Assembly: GCA_041640655.1 (NCBI GenBank)
Contig: JBEPZV010000059.1
Coordinates: 1 to 14,541 of the forward strand
Direction: 5' to 3'
DNA from: a bacterium
GTDB lineage: Bacteria > Acidobacteriota > Blastocatellia > HR10
Length of the DNA: 14,541 nucleotides
Numbering within the stretch: the first letter of the stretch is position 1; each line of letters begins with the position of its first letter. Positions 1 to 6,494 of this stretch are shown piece by piece. Both the position numbers and the translations under genes were made by a program. The notes under the pieces are model-generated. The model had not been told where the DNA came from. It ran no database searches and worked only from the letters and a program-made list of their open reading frames with translations.

Positions 1-45
1 CCCGATGGCCACGCCGCGTCGGAGAAACTCTCGCGTCAGGTGCAT
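1..45 (-). CDS. 5' end of a gene running off the left edge (MHLTREFLRRGVAIG...), probably an exported or membrane protein
   Basis: On the minus strand a strong RBS (GAGGAGG, 54-60) lies 8 nt before an ATG at 45. The frame is open to the window edge and gives a basic N-region followed by hydrophobic residues. Not in the ORF track. Confidence 0.65.
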   Translation of the reverse strand, partial: MHLTREFLRRGVAIG

Positions 46-85
46 GGCATCAACCTCCTCACGGTCGTTTCGCACCACCTCGACG

Positions 86-113
86 GCCTCAAGTATACTG
101 TCTGTCTGTCAAG
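86..113 (-). promoter_or_regulatory. Conserved promoter/operator motif, copy 1: CTTGACAGACAGACAGTATACTTGAGGC
   Basis: Contains a -10-like TATACT 46 nt upstream of the ATG at 45. Positions 86-106 match 3012-3032 at 19/21. Confidence 0.7.
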
Positions 114-121
114 CCTGTTTC

Positions 122-748
122 TCACGGGCGGTGCCGACCGACGCTCGGTCCCCTTTCATACCCTTGGTTACTCTCGCGACACTGTCTCACGATGGAAAGC
201 AGCGCGGAGTAGGTCGGCTCGTCTTCTCGGAGAGCACCGGAGTGGACCCACAAGATGATCCCGTGAGGCGAGACCACGACGACCTGAGGAATCGCCGTAA
301 CGCGATAGGCCCTCCAGAGGGTTTGATCTGGAAGGGAGATGATCTCGAAGCCCCGAGCATGGCCTTGAGCCCATGCAGCCGTCTCTTGGAGAGGATCTAA
401 GGAGACCCCGAGGATGTCCCAACACTCCCGATTGATTTCGCCAGACAATCGCTCCCAGAGGGGGAATTGTTCCTCACAGGCTCGGCACTTCGGCGAGAAA
501 AACAACAACACACATCCCTTTCCACCGGGAGCGAGAACCTCCCGACCTTCGAGCGTCACGGCCTGAAACGAAGGAACCCGATCCCCCACCAAAGCCCTCG
601 CGGGTCCGGATAATCCACCCCTGGCCTGCTCAAGCTCAGTCCGCAATCTCAGGTTCTCTCGCAACAAGACGACCGAGAAAAGGAGCGCCAGGAATGCTGC
701 TGAGCATGCGATCGCCAAGTTGAGATCTTGAGAGAAGCGAATCCTCAT
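122..748 (-). CDS. Membrane-anchored thioredoxin-fold thiol-disulfide oxidoreductase (TlpA/ResA/MauD-like redoxin)
   Basis: N-terminal hydrophobic anchor (LAIACSAAFLALLFSVVLL), short coiled coil, then VGDRVPSF..TLEG, LLFFSPKCRACEEQFP (CxxC), GVSLD and the cis-Pro loop VTAIPQVVVV. The start could be 757 (GTG), 754 or 748. Confidence 0.85.
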   Translation of the reverse strand: MRIRFSQDLNLAIACSAAFLALLFSVVLLRENLRLRTELEQARGGLSGPARALVGDRVPSFQAVTLEGREVLAPGGKGCVLLFFSPKCRACEEQFPLWERLSGEINRECWDILGVSLDPLQETAAWAQGHARGFEIISLPDQTLWRAYRVTAIPQVVVVSPHGIILWVHSGALREDEPTYSALLSIVRQCRESNQGYERGPSVGRHRP

Positions 749-2528
749 CCCCATCACCGATACGAGCCTCAGCCCTTCCGGATGTCGGCCGACCTTTTAA
801 GGCCCCTTCGCAAGCGGCGATCACTGCCCTTGCTCGCAGGACCGGATGGGTGAGCGATCGCGCGAGAGCCATCGTGCCATAGAAATCTCGCGCGCCGAGG
901 AGTGAAAATGGGAGTTCGAAAGAGAACAGGCGCGTATCAACTTCGTAGGCGAACGAGAAATCGCCGATCGTGATGAGATTCCCCAGCGATACCTCCCCAT
1001 CGAAGTCCTTCGCCCGATTGATCGCCTCCACCGCCTCCTGCAGCGCCAGGAAGGCAGAAGGACTGTTCATGAGGCCATGGAGAGCCGCCAGGCCCAGCAG
1101 AAGAGACGCCTTCACGCGATCCGGTTCCAACTTTCGGGTGATCTGCTCTGCTTCGATGAGCAATCTCATCGCCTCGGACGGATCGCCAGATGAGAACTGA
1201 CGATGAGCGATCACGGCCAGCAGATACGCCTTCAAGGGGGGCTTCATCGGCCGACGCACATGCTCCAGAGCCTCGGCGAGATGTCCCGCACGGATCGCCC
1301 GCTCGGCCACAAGGTAGTGAACGAAAGAGAGAACCTCCTCGCGTTGTTCGCGTGAGATCTTCTCCGCGATCTCAAAGGCTCGCTCGAAATCCCCCTCCCG
1401 AAGGGCGCGGTTGAGGGCGAGGAAGAAGAGGCGATCCCGCACTTTCGGGTCCGTCGCTTTTTCGGCTTTCTCCACGAGGTTCTCGCCCCCATCCGGCTGC
1501 GGCGTGAGCGAAGAAGGAGACCGTGACGCAGCGCTCTCTAACGATGACCGTTCCCCCTGAGGGAAGAGGGCGGCGAGCAGGTTCCGTTGCCGTTCGAGTT
1601 CATCGGCGAGAGCCGGAAGAAAGCGATGACAGTGGGGCAAGATCACGCTGAGGAAGAAGAAATCTCCACGAGGACCCCACAGCGGCCCTCGGCCGGCATA
1701 TCGTTCTGGAGCCAACAGCGGAGGGATCACGCTCTGAAGGAACTTCACGGCCATCTCCGAATCAACGGTGCCACGCCGATACCCCGGCAGAGAGAACATC
1801 TGAGGCCCCTCCCCCGTCAACTGCAGGGGGAGTGCGGGCGAGAAGACGTACGCGTAAAGCAGAAGGAGTTCGTTCACATCCCCCGCTCCCTGGCTCGCGA
1901 TCCGGGAAGTCAAATCGAGGAAAAGGAGATCGGCCTGCGCGCGCGCTCTCTCCCGCAGATCGAGGAGAAACAGCAGACCCTCCCAACTGAGGAGACTCCT
2001 CATCCTTCTCCTCGCCATATAGCTGGCCAAATCCGGATGGTCCTCGATCAACCCTCGCGCGAACTGTACATAACTGACCTGGGCGGACGACGTCGTCTCG
2101 GCAGAAGCCAACCTCTCATGAAGCTCATTGAGCAATCTCTTAGCCAATTCCTCATCGTGCTGCGCGACGCGGCTGATGATCCGCCTCTGCAGAGCGCTCC
2201 GCTTTTCCCTCCATTGGTCGTCCTTCGCCCCACCCTCCTCCAGTTTGAGCGTCTCCTCAAAGGCACGGGTGAGAAGCCACTGGGCCCTCTCCGGATTCTC
2301 GCTTCCGAGGATCTCGGCGATCCGAACGATGAGTTCCAGGCGTTGTTCCTGCCGCTCGATGTCACGCATTTCATCGAGCAACAAGGAGAGCGTCTCAAGA
2401 GCCGCCTCTCGCGGATTCGATGGCTCTTCCCGCTGTGGACTCGTCCGACCCTCGCTCCAGAGAGTCGAGGCCACGCCGGTCATGAGAAAAGCGAGCAGAG
2501 CAAGACAATACACACCCCTTCCGCACAT
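636..2528 (-). CDS. Exported 630-aa alpha-helical (TPR/HEAT-like solenoid) protein of unknown function
   Basis: RBS GAGGAGGAG just upstream of the ATG and an N-terminal signal-like segment (VYCLALLAFLMTGVAS). Repeated amphipathic helices rich in A/L/E/R (e.g. GDFERAFEIAEKI, GHLAEALEHV, DPSEAMRLLIEAEQI). No catalytic motif recognised. Confidence 0.8.
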   Translation of the reverse strand: MCGRGVYCLALLAFLMTGVASTLWSEGRTSPQREEPSNPREAALETLSLLLDEMRDIERQEQRLELIVRIAEILGSENPERAQWLLTRAFEETLKLEEGGAKDDQWREKRSALQRRIISRVAQHDEELAKRLLNELHERLASAETTSSAQVSYVQFARGLIEDHPDLASYMARRRMRSLLSWEGLLFLLDLRERARAQADLLFLDLTSRIASQGAGDVNELLLLYAYVFSPALPLQLTGEGPQMFSLPGYRRGTVDSEMAVKFLQSVIPPLLAPERYAGRGPLWGPRGDFFFLSVILPHCHRFLPALADELERQRNLLAALFPQGERSSLESAASRSPSSLTPQPDGGENLVEKAEKATDPKVRDRLFFLALNRALREGDFERAFEIAEKISREQREEVLSFVHYLVAERAIRAGHLAEALEHVRRPMKPPLKAYLLAVIAHRQFSSGDPSEAMRLLIEAEQITRKLEPDRVKASLLLGLAALHGLMNSPSAFLALQEAVEAINRAKDFDGEVSLGNLITIGDFSFAYEVDTRLFSFELPFSLLGARDFYGTMALARSLTHPVLRARAVIAACEGALKGRPTSGRAEARIGDGDEDSLLSRSQLGDRMLSSIPGAPFLGRLVAREPEIAD

Positions 2529-2689
2529 ACGCTCCTCCTCTCGTCATGAGACCGTAGCCGTCCGGCCCATCGTCTCCGTTGGACGAAGCAAGCACGTCGC
2601 TTTGTCCGAAACATCGGCTCCTCCCAGGATGGGCTCGATATAAGCCCTCCGATCACGGCGACGCCCATTCGTTTCCTCAGGAAGGCCCG

Positions 2690-2719
2690 AAGAAGGGGAG
2701 CGTTTCTCCCACGCTCCCC
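2690..2719 (-). terminator. Intrinsic terminator or stabilising hairpin after the small peptide gene
   Basis: Perfect 9-bp stem GGGGAGCGT/ACGCTCCCC (2695-2703 with 2711-2719) and a 7-nt loop, followed on the minus strand by TTCTT. It lies about 36 nt after the stop at 2756. Confidence 0.7.
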
Positions 2720-2755
2720 CATCTGATGATCCCGCCGTTTGGTTCTCCGTGTCGC

Positions 2756-2968
2756 TCAGTCAAGGAGAGTAGGGATCCAGCAGTTGACGACCCGACAATC
2801 TCCTCCCCTGATCACCCCGTACTCGCCCGTGGCGGGATAGTAACAGTTACACTTTGGAGCTGCCTCGTCGTCTTGCGCCCACGCGGGAGCGGAGACCCAC
2901 ACTCCCACAAGAGCCAGCGTTATCGCCAAAAGGGTCCAGGGAGCGAACCGTGTCAGCCTTTCGCCCAT
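2756..2968 (-). CDS. Small secreted cysteine-rich peptide precursor (70 aa: 31-aa signal peptide plus 39-aa mature peptide with C-x-C-x15-C-x4-C)
   Basis: Strong RBS AAGGAGGTG before the ATG at 2968. Sec signal peptide ending AWA|QD. Mature sequence QDDEAAPKCNCYYPATGEYGVIRGGDCRVVNCWIPTLLD. It has its own promoter motif upstream and a hairpin downstream. Confidence 0.8.
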   Translation of the reverse strand: MGERLTRFAPWTLLAITLALVGVWVSAPAWAQDDEAAPKCNCYYPATGEYGVIRGGDCRVVNCWIPTLLD

Positions 2969-2979
2969 GGCATTCACCT

Positions 2980-3000
2980 CCTTTATGAGTCCTTTATGAG
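2980..3000. repeat. Perfect 10-bp direct repeat CCTTTATGAG x2 with 11-bp period, overlapping the RBS of the peptide gene
   Basis: Copies at 2980-2989 and 2991-3000. On the minus strand it reads CTCATAAAGG-A-CTCATAAAGG-AGGTG. Confidence 0.75.
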
Positions 3001-3011
3001 ATTTTCAGGCA

Positions 3012-3035
3012 GCCCCAATTATACTGTCTGTCAAG
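3012..3035 (-). promoter_or_regulatory. Conserved promoter/operator motif, copy 2: CTTGACAGACAGTATAATTGGGGC
   Basis: Perfect TATAAT 49 nt upstream of the ATG at 2968. Near-identical to 86-113, with one fewer GACA unit. Confidence 0.7.
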
Positions 3036-3154
3036 TCCCTTTGCAGGGGGCCGTCGGGTTTTTCAAGCCCTGGGCTATCGGGCCAAGGGGAGAGACGCCG
3101 ATGGTGGAGTGCACCCACCTGCCAGAAGGTCCCCATTCGGGGTGGATTCCATCT

Positions 3155-3865
3155 TCAGGTTGAATGCCATTGCCCGTCTTGGGTCTTGTCCGCTTCAGAC
3201 CCCTCTTCCGGACGGGCGCGCCAGACGTAGATCTGCCGCGCGATCTCTTCGTCCAGGGCGACTTCCGTCTCCTCGCACCGCAGGACGATACTCGGCCATC
3301 GCTGCAGAAGCTGAACGGAAACGCCGGGCATGATCCCCAACGCAGAGAGCCGCAGCAGACGGGCATGTGAGCGCGTGCTCACATAGGCGACGCGCGCCGT
3401 CTCGCCAAGCGCCAGACGATCGCAAGGCACGAGGATGGCCCTCACCTGCTCCTCCGCTTGCCGGCAACATTCGCCCTCGGGGATAGGACGTCCATGCGGA
3501 CACACGCGCGGATGGCCGAGCAGTGTGCAAATCGCCCGCGTGATCCCCTCCGCGAGGAAATGCTCGAATTCACAGGCAGCCGCTTCAGTCTCCTCTACGT
3601 CCACCCCCAGGACATCGCACATCAAGCGCTCGGCCAACCGATGGCGGCGAATGATGGGAGTCGCCACCGCGCGTCCCTTCGAGGTGAGGCGCAGATGTCC
3701 CGAAGGCTGTCGCACAATAAGCTCTTCGCGAAGAGCTCGCTCCAGCAATTGATCCGTCACCTCCGCGTGGGCGATGCGACGGACGTCTTGAGGGAACGCC
3801 TCTCCCTGTTCCTCCAACGTCCACAGGGCTTCGAGCAGCTCGCTGAGTTCCCGATCCACATCCAT
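3155..3865 (-). CDS. DtxR/MntR-family metal-dependent regulator with a C-terminal FeoA (SH3-like) domain
   Basis: Dimerisation/metal-binding motifs LTSKGRAVA..IIRRHRLAERLM, EAAACEFEH and LGHPRVCPHGRPIP. The C-terminus RLSALGIMPGVSVQLLQRWP...EVALDEEIA..IYV is FeoA-like. Begins 13 nt after the feoB stop. Confidence 0.9.
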   Translation of the reverse strand: MDVDRELSELLEALWTLEEQGEAFPQDVRRIAHAEVTDQLLERALREELIVRQPSGHLRLTSKGRAVATPIIRRHRLAERLMCDVLGVDVEETEAAACEFEHFLAEGITRAICTLLGHPRVCPHGRPIPEGECCRQAEEQVRAILVPCDRLALGETARVAYVSTRSHARLLRLSALGIMPGVSVQLLQRWPSIVLRCEETEVALDEEIARQIYVWRARPEEGSEADKTQDGQWHST

Positions 3866-3878
3866 GCCTGTCTCTCCA

Positions 3879-6158
3879 TCATGAGAACGCGCGAAGAGTC
3901 CTCAGGATCCACCCGAGTGCTCCACCCACGGCGAAAGCGAACGGGAGGATGAAACCGACGATGGCGAGGGCGCGCCTCCACCCCTGTTCCCTCACGATGA
4001 CGAGGAAATTCGCCAGGCAGGGGACGAAGAGCGTGATCACGACCAGGCTGACGATGATCTGAGTCGTCGTCAGCGCTCCTTGCTGCGCCAGATCGAAGAG
4101 CCCGGCGGCTCCGTAATCTCGACGCAAGAATCCCATGAGGAACACGCGAGCAGCCGCGGCTGGCAAGTGGAGCCAGCCGACGACGAGCGGGCGCACCCCT
4201 TCTTCGATCGCCTCAATCCCCGTTCGCGCGCCGAACCGCACGCGATCGAGGAGAAAGAGCACCAGCGTCGCGCCCAGAAAGAGGGGGACGACCTCGGCCA
4301 GGAACCACCGCAAGCGAAGCCACGTCTTCAGCAGGATATTCCGCACGAGCGGGACGCGCAGAGGGGGCAACTCGAAGATGAAATCGCTGCGCTCGCCCGA
4401 GAGCACGCGCGAGGCCAGATGGCCAACGAGCACAAGCTGTGAAGCGACGACGCCAAAGACCGTGAGCATCACGGTTGGCGAATAGGCTGCGGCGATCCCC
4501 AGAATCACGCCCAATTGCGCCGAGCACGGCACGCCGAGGGCCAGGAGCAATGTCGCGATCAACCGCTCGCGCGGAGTATTGAGAATGCGGGTCGTCATCG
4601 TCGCCATCGTATCGCATCCGAGGCCGAGCACCATCGGCAGGATGGCCTTCCCGTTGAGCCCCATCACGCGCAAGAGGCGGTCCGAGAGGATCGCCAGCCG
4701 CGGTAAATACCCGCTGTCCTCAAGGACGCCAAAGGCGAGGAAGAACGTTCCGACAATGGGGAGAATGATGGCGATGGCATAAGTCAACCCCATGGAGATG
4801 AGCCCGTAGGGGCCAACGAGCAGGTCATGGAAGAATCCCGGCGGGAGCAGGGACTGGAGCCACGGCACGAGATATGCCCCGAAGAGGATCTCCTCCAGTA
4901 CGCCCACGAGCGCTTGAGCGCCCGTGCGGCCGACCACTTCATAGACGAGGACAAGGATCACGAGGAGGATCGGGATACCCGTCAGCGGCTGACGCGTCCA
5001 TCGTCCCATGCCGTGGAGGAACCGCGCGCTCCGCCGCATGAGCACGAGGATAGGAACGACCAGTGGAGCGAGCAGCGCGAATATCCGAACGGCCTCGGTG
5101 AGCACCCCGAATCCCTCTCCCCCCCGAGGACCGAAAAGGAGCTGATGCCAGAGATCGAGCCGATATGCGTGGGAGAATGCCCAGGTGGGGTCGGCCACAT
5201 ATCGCCGGATGAGCACGTCGAGCATCGTCGCCAGAGTCGGCCACTGAAAGTATCCCCCCACCTCCTCCCAGGCCAAGAGCCCCACTCCACCCAGCAACAG
5301 CACCACCCAGAATCGAAATGCCGAAGGCGTCAATTCGGGCCGCGCTCGTTCCCCGCCCTTCTTTCGGAGGGTGAGGAGGGCGTTCTCCAGAAACTGCGCG
5401 CGGGCGCGTTCAAGCTCCCGACAGAGCGAGCGCGACGTCGGACATCCCCGACACGACCCACGCTCGGGCGTGGGATGGCGCTCCCACAGATGCGGCATGC
5501 GCACCAGGCGCGAGCGTCCCAAGAGCTGCTCCACTTGCTGTCGAAATCGCGCATCCCCCACCTCCATCCACTCGACGAGCAAGCCCATGGGAAGATCGGA
5601 CCCCGCGGCCGTTCCCAGGACCTCACGCTGTCGCTCCTCAAGCGGATTTCGCGGAATGGTCGCTCGCGGGATTGCGCGCAGCAGATGGCGGATCCCGTAG
5701 CCATAGGTGGCGATGGTCTCGACCACGGGGATTCCAAAGAGTTCGGCCAGCGCCTCGGCATGAATCTCGATGCCGCGCTCGCGCATCTCGTCCACCATGT
5801 TGAGGACGAGCACCATCGGCCGCCGAAGCTCGACCAGTTGGAGCGCCAGCAGAAGCGTGCGGCGAAGGTTCTTCGCGTCGGCGACCTGCACGATGACGTC
5901 CGGCTGCTCCCGCAGCAGCAGCTCGCAGGCCACGCGCTCATCTTCGGACTGCGGAACGAGGCTGGTGACGCCCGGCGTGTCTAGGACCTCGTATTCGATC
6001 CCCTCCAGAGACAGCCGACCGCGGGAGATCTCGACGGTCGTCCCCGGATAGTTCGAGACCACCGCATAGCGCCCCGTGAGGTGGCGAAAGAGCGCCGACT
6101 TCCCGACATTCGGATTGCCGACAAGGACCACTTTCCGACGCCGCGGTGCCGGTGACAT
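3879..6158 (-). CDS. feoB: Ferrous iron transport protein B (about 759 aa)
   Basis: GTPase motifs G1 GNPNVGKS, NYPGTTV, G3 DTPG and G4 NMVD. Membrane motifs LEDSGYLPR, GLGC, PCSAQL, FELP and PCLA. The start is set at the ATG at 6158 (MSPAPRRRKVVLVG); the 79-codon upstream extension crosses regulatory DNA. Confidence 0.96.
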   Translation of the reverse strand: MSPAPRRRKVVLVGNPNVGKSALFRHLTGRYAVVSNYPGTTVEISRGRLSLEGIEYEVLDTPGVTSLVPQSEDERVACELLLREQPDVIVQVADAKNLRRTLLLALQLVELRRPMVLVLNMVDEMRERGIEIHAEALAELFGIPVVETIATYGYGIRHLLRAIPRATIPRNPLEERQREVLGTAAGSDLPMGLLVEWMEVGDARFRQQVEQLLGRSRLVRMPHLWERHPTPERGSCRGCPTSRSLCRELERARAQFLENALLTLRKKGGERARPELTPSAFRFWVVLLLGGVGLLAWEEVGGYFQWPTLATMLDVLIRRYVADPTWAFSHAYRLDLWHQLLFGPRGGEGFGVLTEAVRIFALLAPLVVPILVLMRRSARFLHGMGRWTRQPLTGIPILLVILVLVYEVVGRTGAQALVGVLEEILFGAYLVPWLQSLLPPGFFHDLLVGPYGLISMGLTYAIAIILPIVGTFFLAFGVLEDSGYLPRLAILSDRLLRVMGLNGKAILPMVLGLGCDTMATMTTRILNTPRERLIATLLLALGVPCSAQLGVILGIAAAYSPTVMLTVFGVVASQLVLVGHLASRVLSGERSDFIFELPPLRVPLVRNILLKTWLRLRWFLAEVVPLFLGATLVLFLLDRVRFGARTGIEAIEEGVRPLVVGWLHLPAAAARVFLMGFLRRDYGAAGLFDLAQQGALTTTQIIVSLVVITLFVPCLANFLVIVREQGWRRALAIVGFILPFAFAVGGALGWILRTLRAFS

Positions 6159-6313
6159 AGCCTGCCTCGCAACACGCCCTCTCAAGCAACCATCATGCCG
6201 ACTCACGCCGTCTCCCGCGGCCACCGCTCCGAGAGCAGCTCTATTTTGCGCGAAGGAGACCGCTTGCCGCGCCTCACGGAGCGGGCGAGCCGATCGGAGG
6301 ACGGCACGCGGGT

Positions 6314-6349
6314 TGGGGCTTTTGCCCCAGTGCGGGGGTATTTTCCCAA
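6314..6349. promoter_or_regulatory. Candidate enhancer (UAS) for a sigma54 activator: two 16-bp boxes with 20-bp period
   Basis: TGGGGC-TTTT-GCCCCA (perfect inverted repeat, 6314-6329) and GGGGGTATTTTCCCAA (6334-6349), about 100-140 bp upstream of the -24 element at 6452. Confidence 0.55.
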
Positions 6350-6451
6350 GGGGCAGATCGGCAGGGCCTCCCCCGACCGAGGTCTTCCCCGTCAACTCCC
6401 TTCAGAGGAATCGAATGCCCTCACCGGGGGAGCCTGTTCGAAGCCTCCGCG

Positions 6452-6467
6452 TGGCACGGCGATTGCT
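6452..6467 (+). promoter_or_regulatory. sigma54 (RpoN) -24/-12 promoter of the hemerythrin-oxidoreductase-dehydrogenase operon
   Basis: TGGCACG-GCGA-TTGCT is an exact match to TGGCACG-N4-TTGCW and lies 27 nt before the ATG at 6495. Confidence 0.85.
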
Positions 6468-6494
6468 ACGTGAATCCTCGCGAGAGAGGGGATC

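Noticed and set aside
1587..2549. 320-aa plus-strand ORF
   Set aside because: It is the antisense shadow of the 630-aa gene, has no recognisable motif, and such ORFs are common in GC-rich DNA.
2480..2722. 80-aa ORF starting MGER like the peptide precursor, with LRAFLRKRMGVAVIGG resembling the edge gene
   Set aside because: There is no good RBS at 2722, the first codons are the terminator hairpin itself, and no signal peptide follows. The resemblance is too short to trust.
2777..2851. Superficial likeness of the mature peptide (CxC...GE.YG) to alpha-defensins
   Set aside because: It has only 4 Cys with different spacing and is not cationic, so homology cannot be supported by eye.
3012..3035. 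TTGACA and TATAAT as a canonical sigma70 -35/-10 pair
   Set aside because: The spacer is 5 nt here and 9 nt in the copy at 86-113, incompatible with the 16-18 nt requirement. It is kept only as a -10 plus operator motif.
3101..3171. Imperfect 18-bp tandem repeat and weak inverted repeat around the end of the DtxR-like gene
   Set aside because: Only two degenerate copies and no U-tract, so it does not support a repeat array, CRISPR or terminator.
4827..5984. 385-aa plus-strand ORF
   Set aside because: Antisense to feoB and without motifs.
6159..6313. DtxR/MntR operator upstream of feoB
   Set aside because: No AT-rich 19-bp palindrome resembling TTAGGTTAGCCTAACCTAA could be found.
6302..6316. 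CGGCACGCGGGTTGG as an additional sigma54 site
   Set aside because: The -12 element reads TTGG rather than TTGC, and a perfect site exists at 6452.
6159..6395. 79-codon N-terminal extension of FeoB in the ORF track
   Set aside because: It starts at TTG, has no FeoA-like features and overlaps the candidate enhancer boxes. The ATG at 6158 puts G1 at the normal position.
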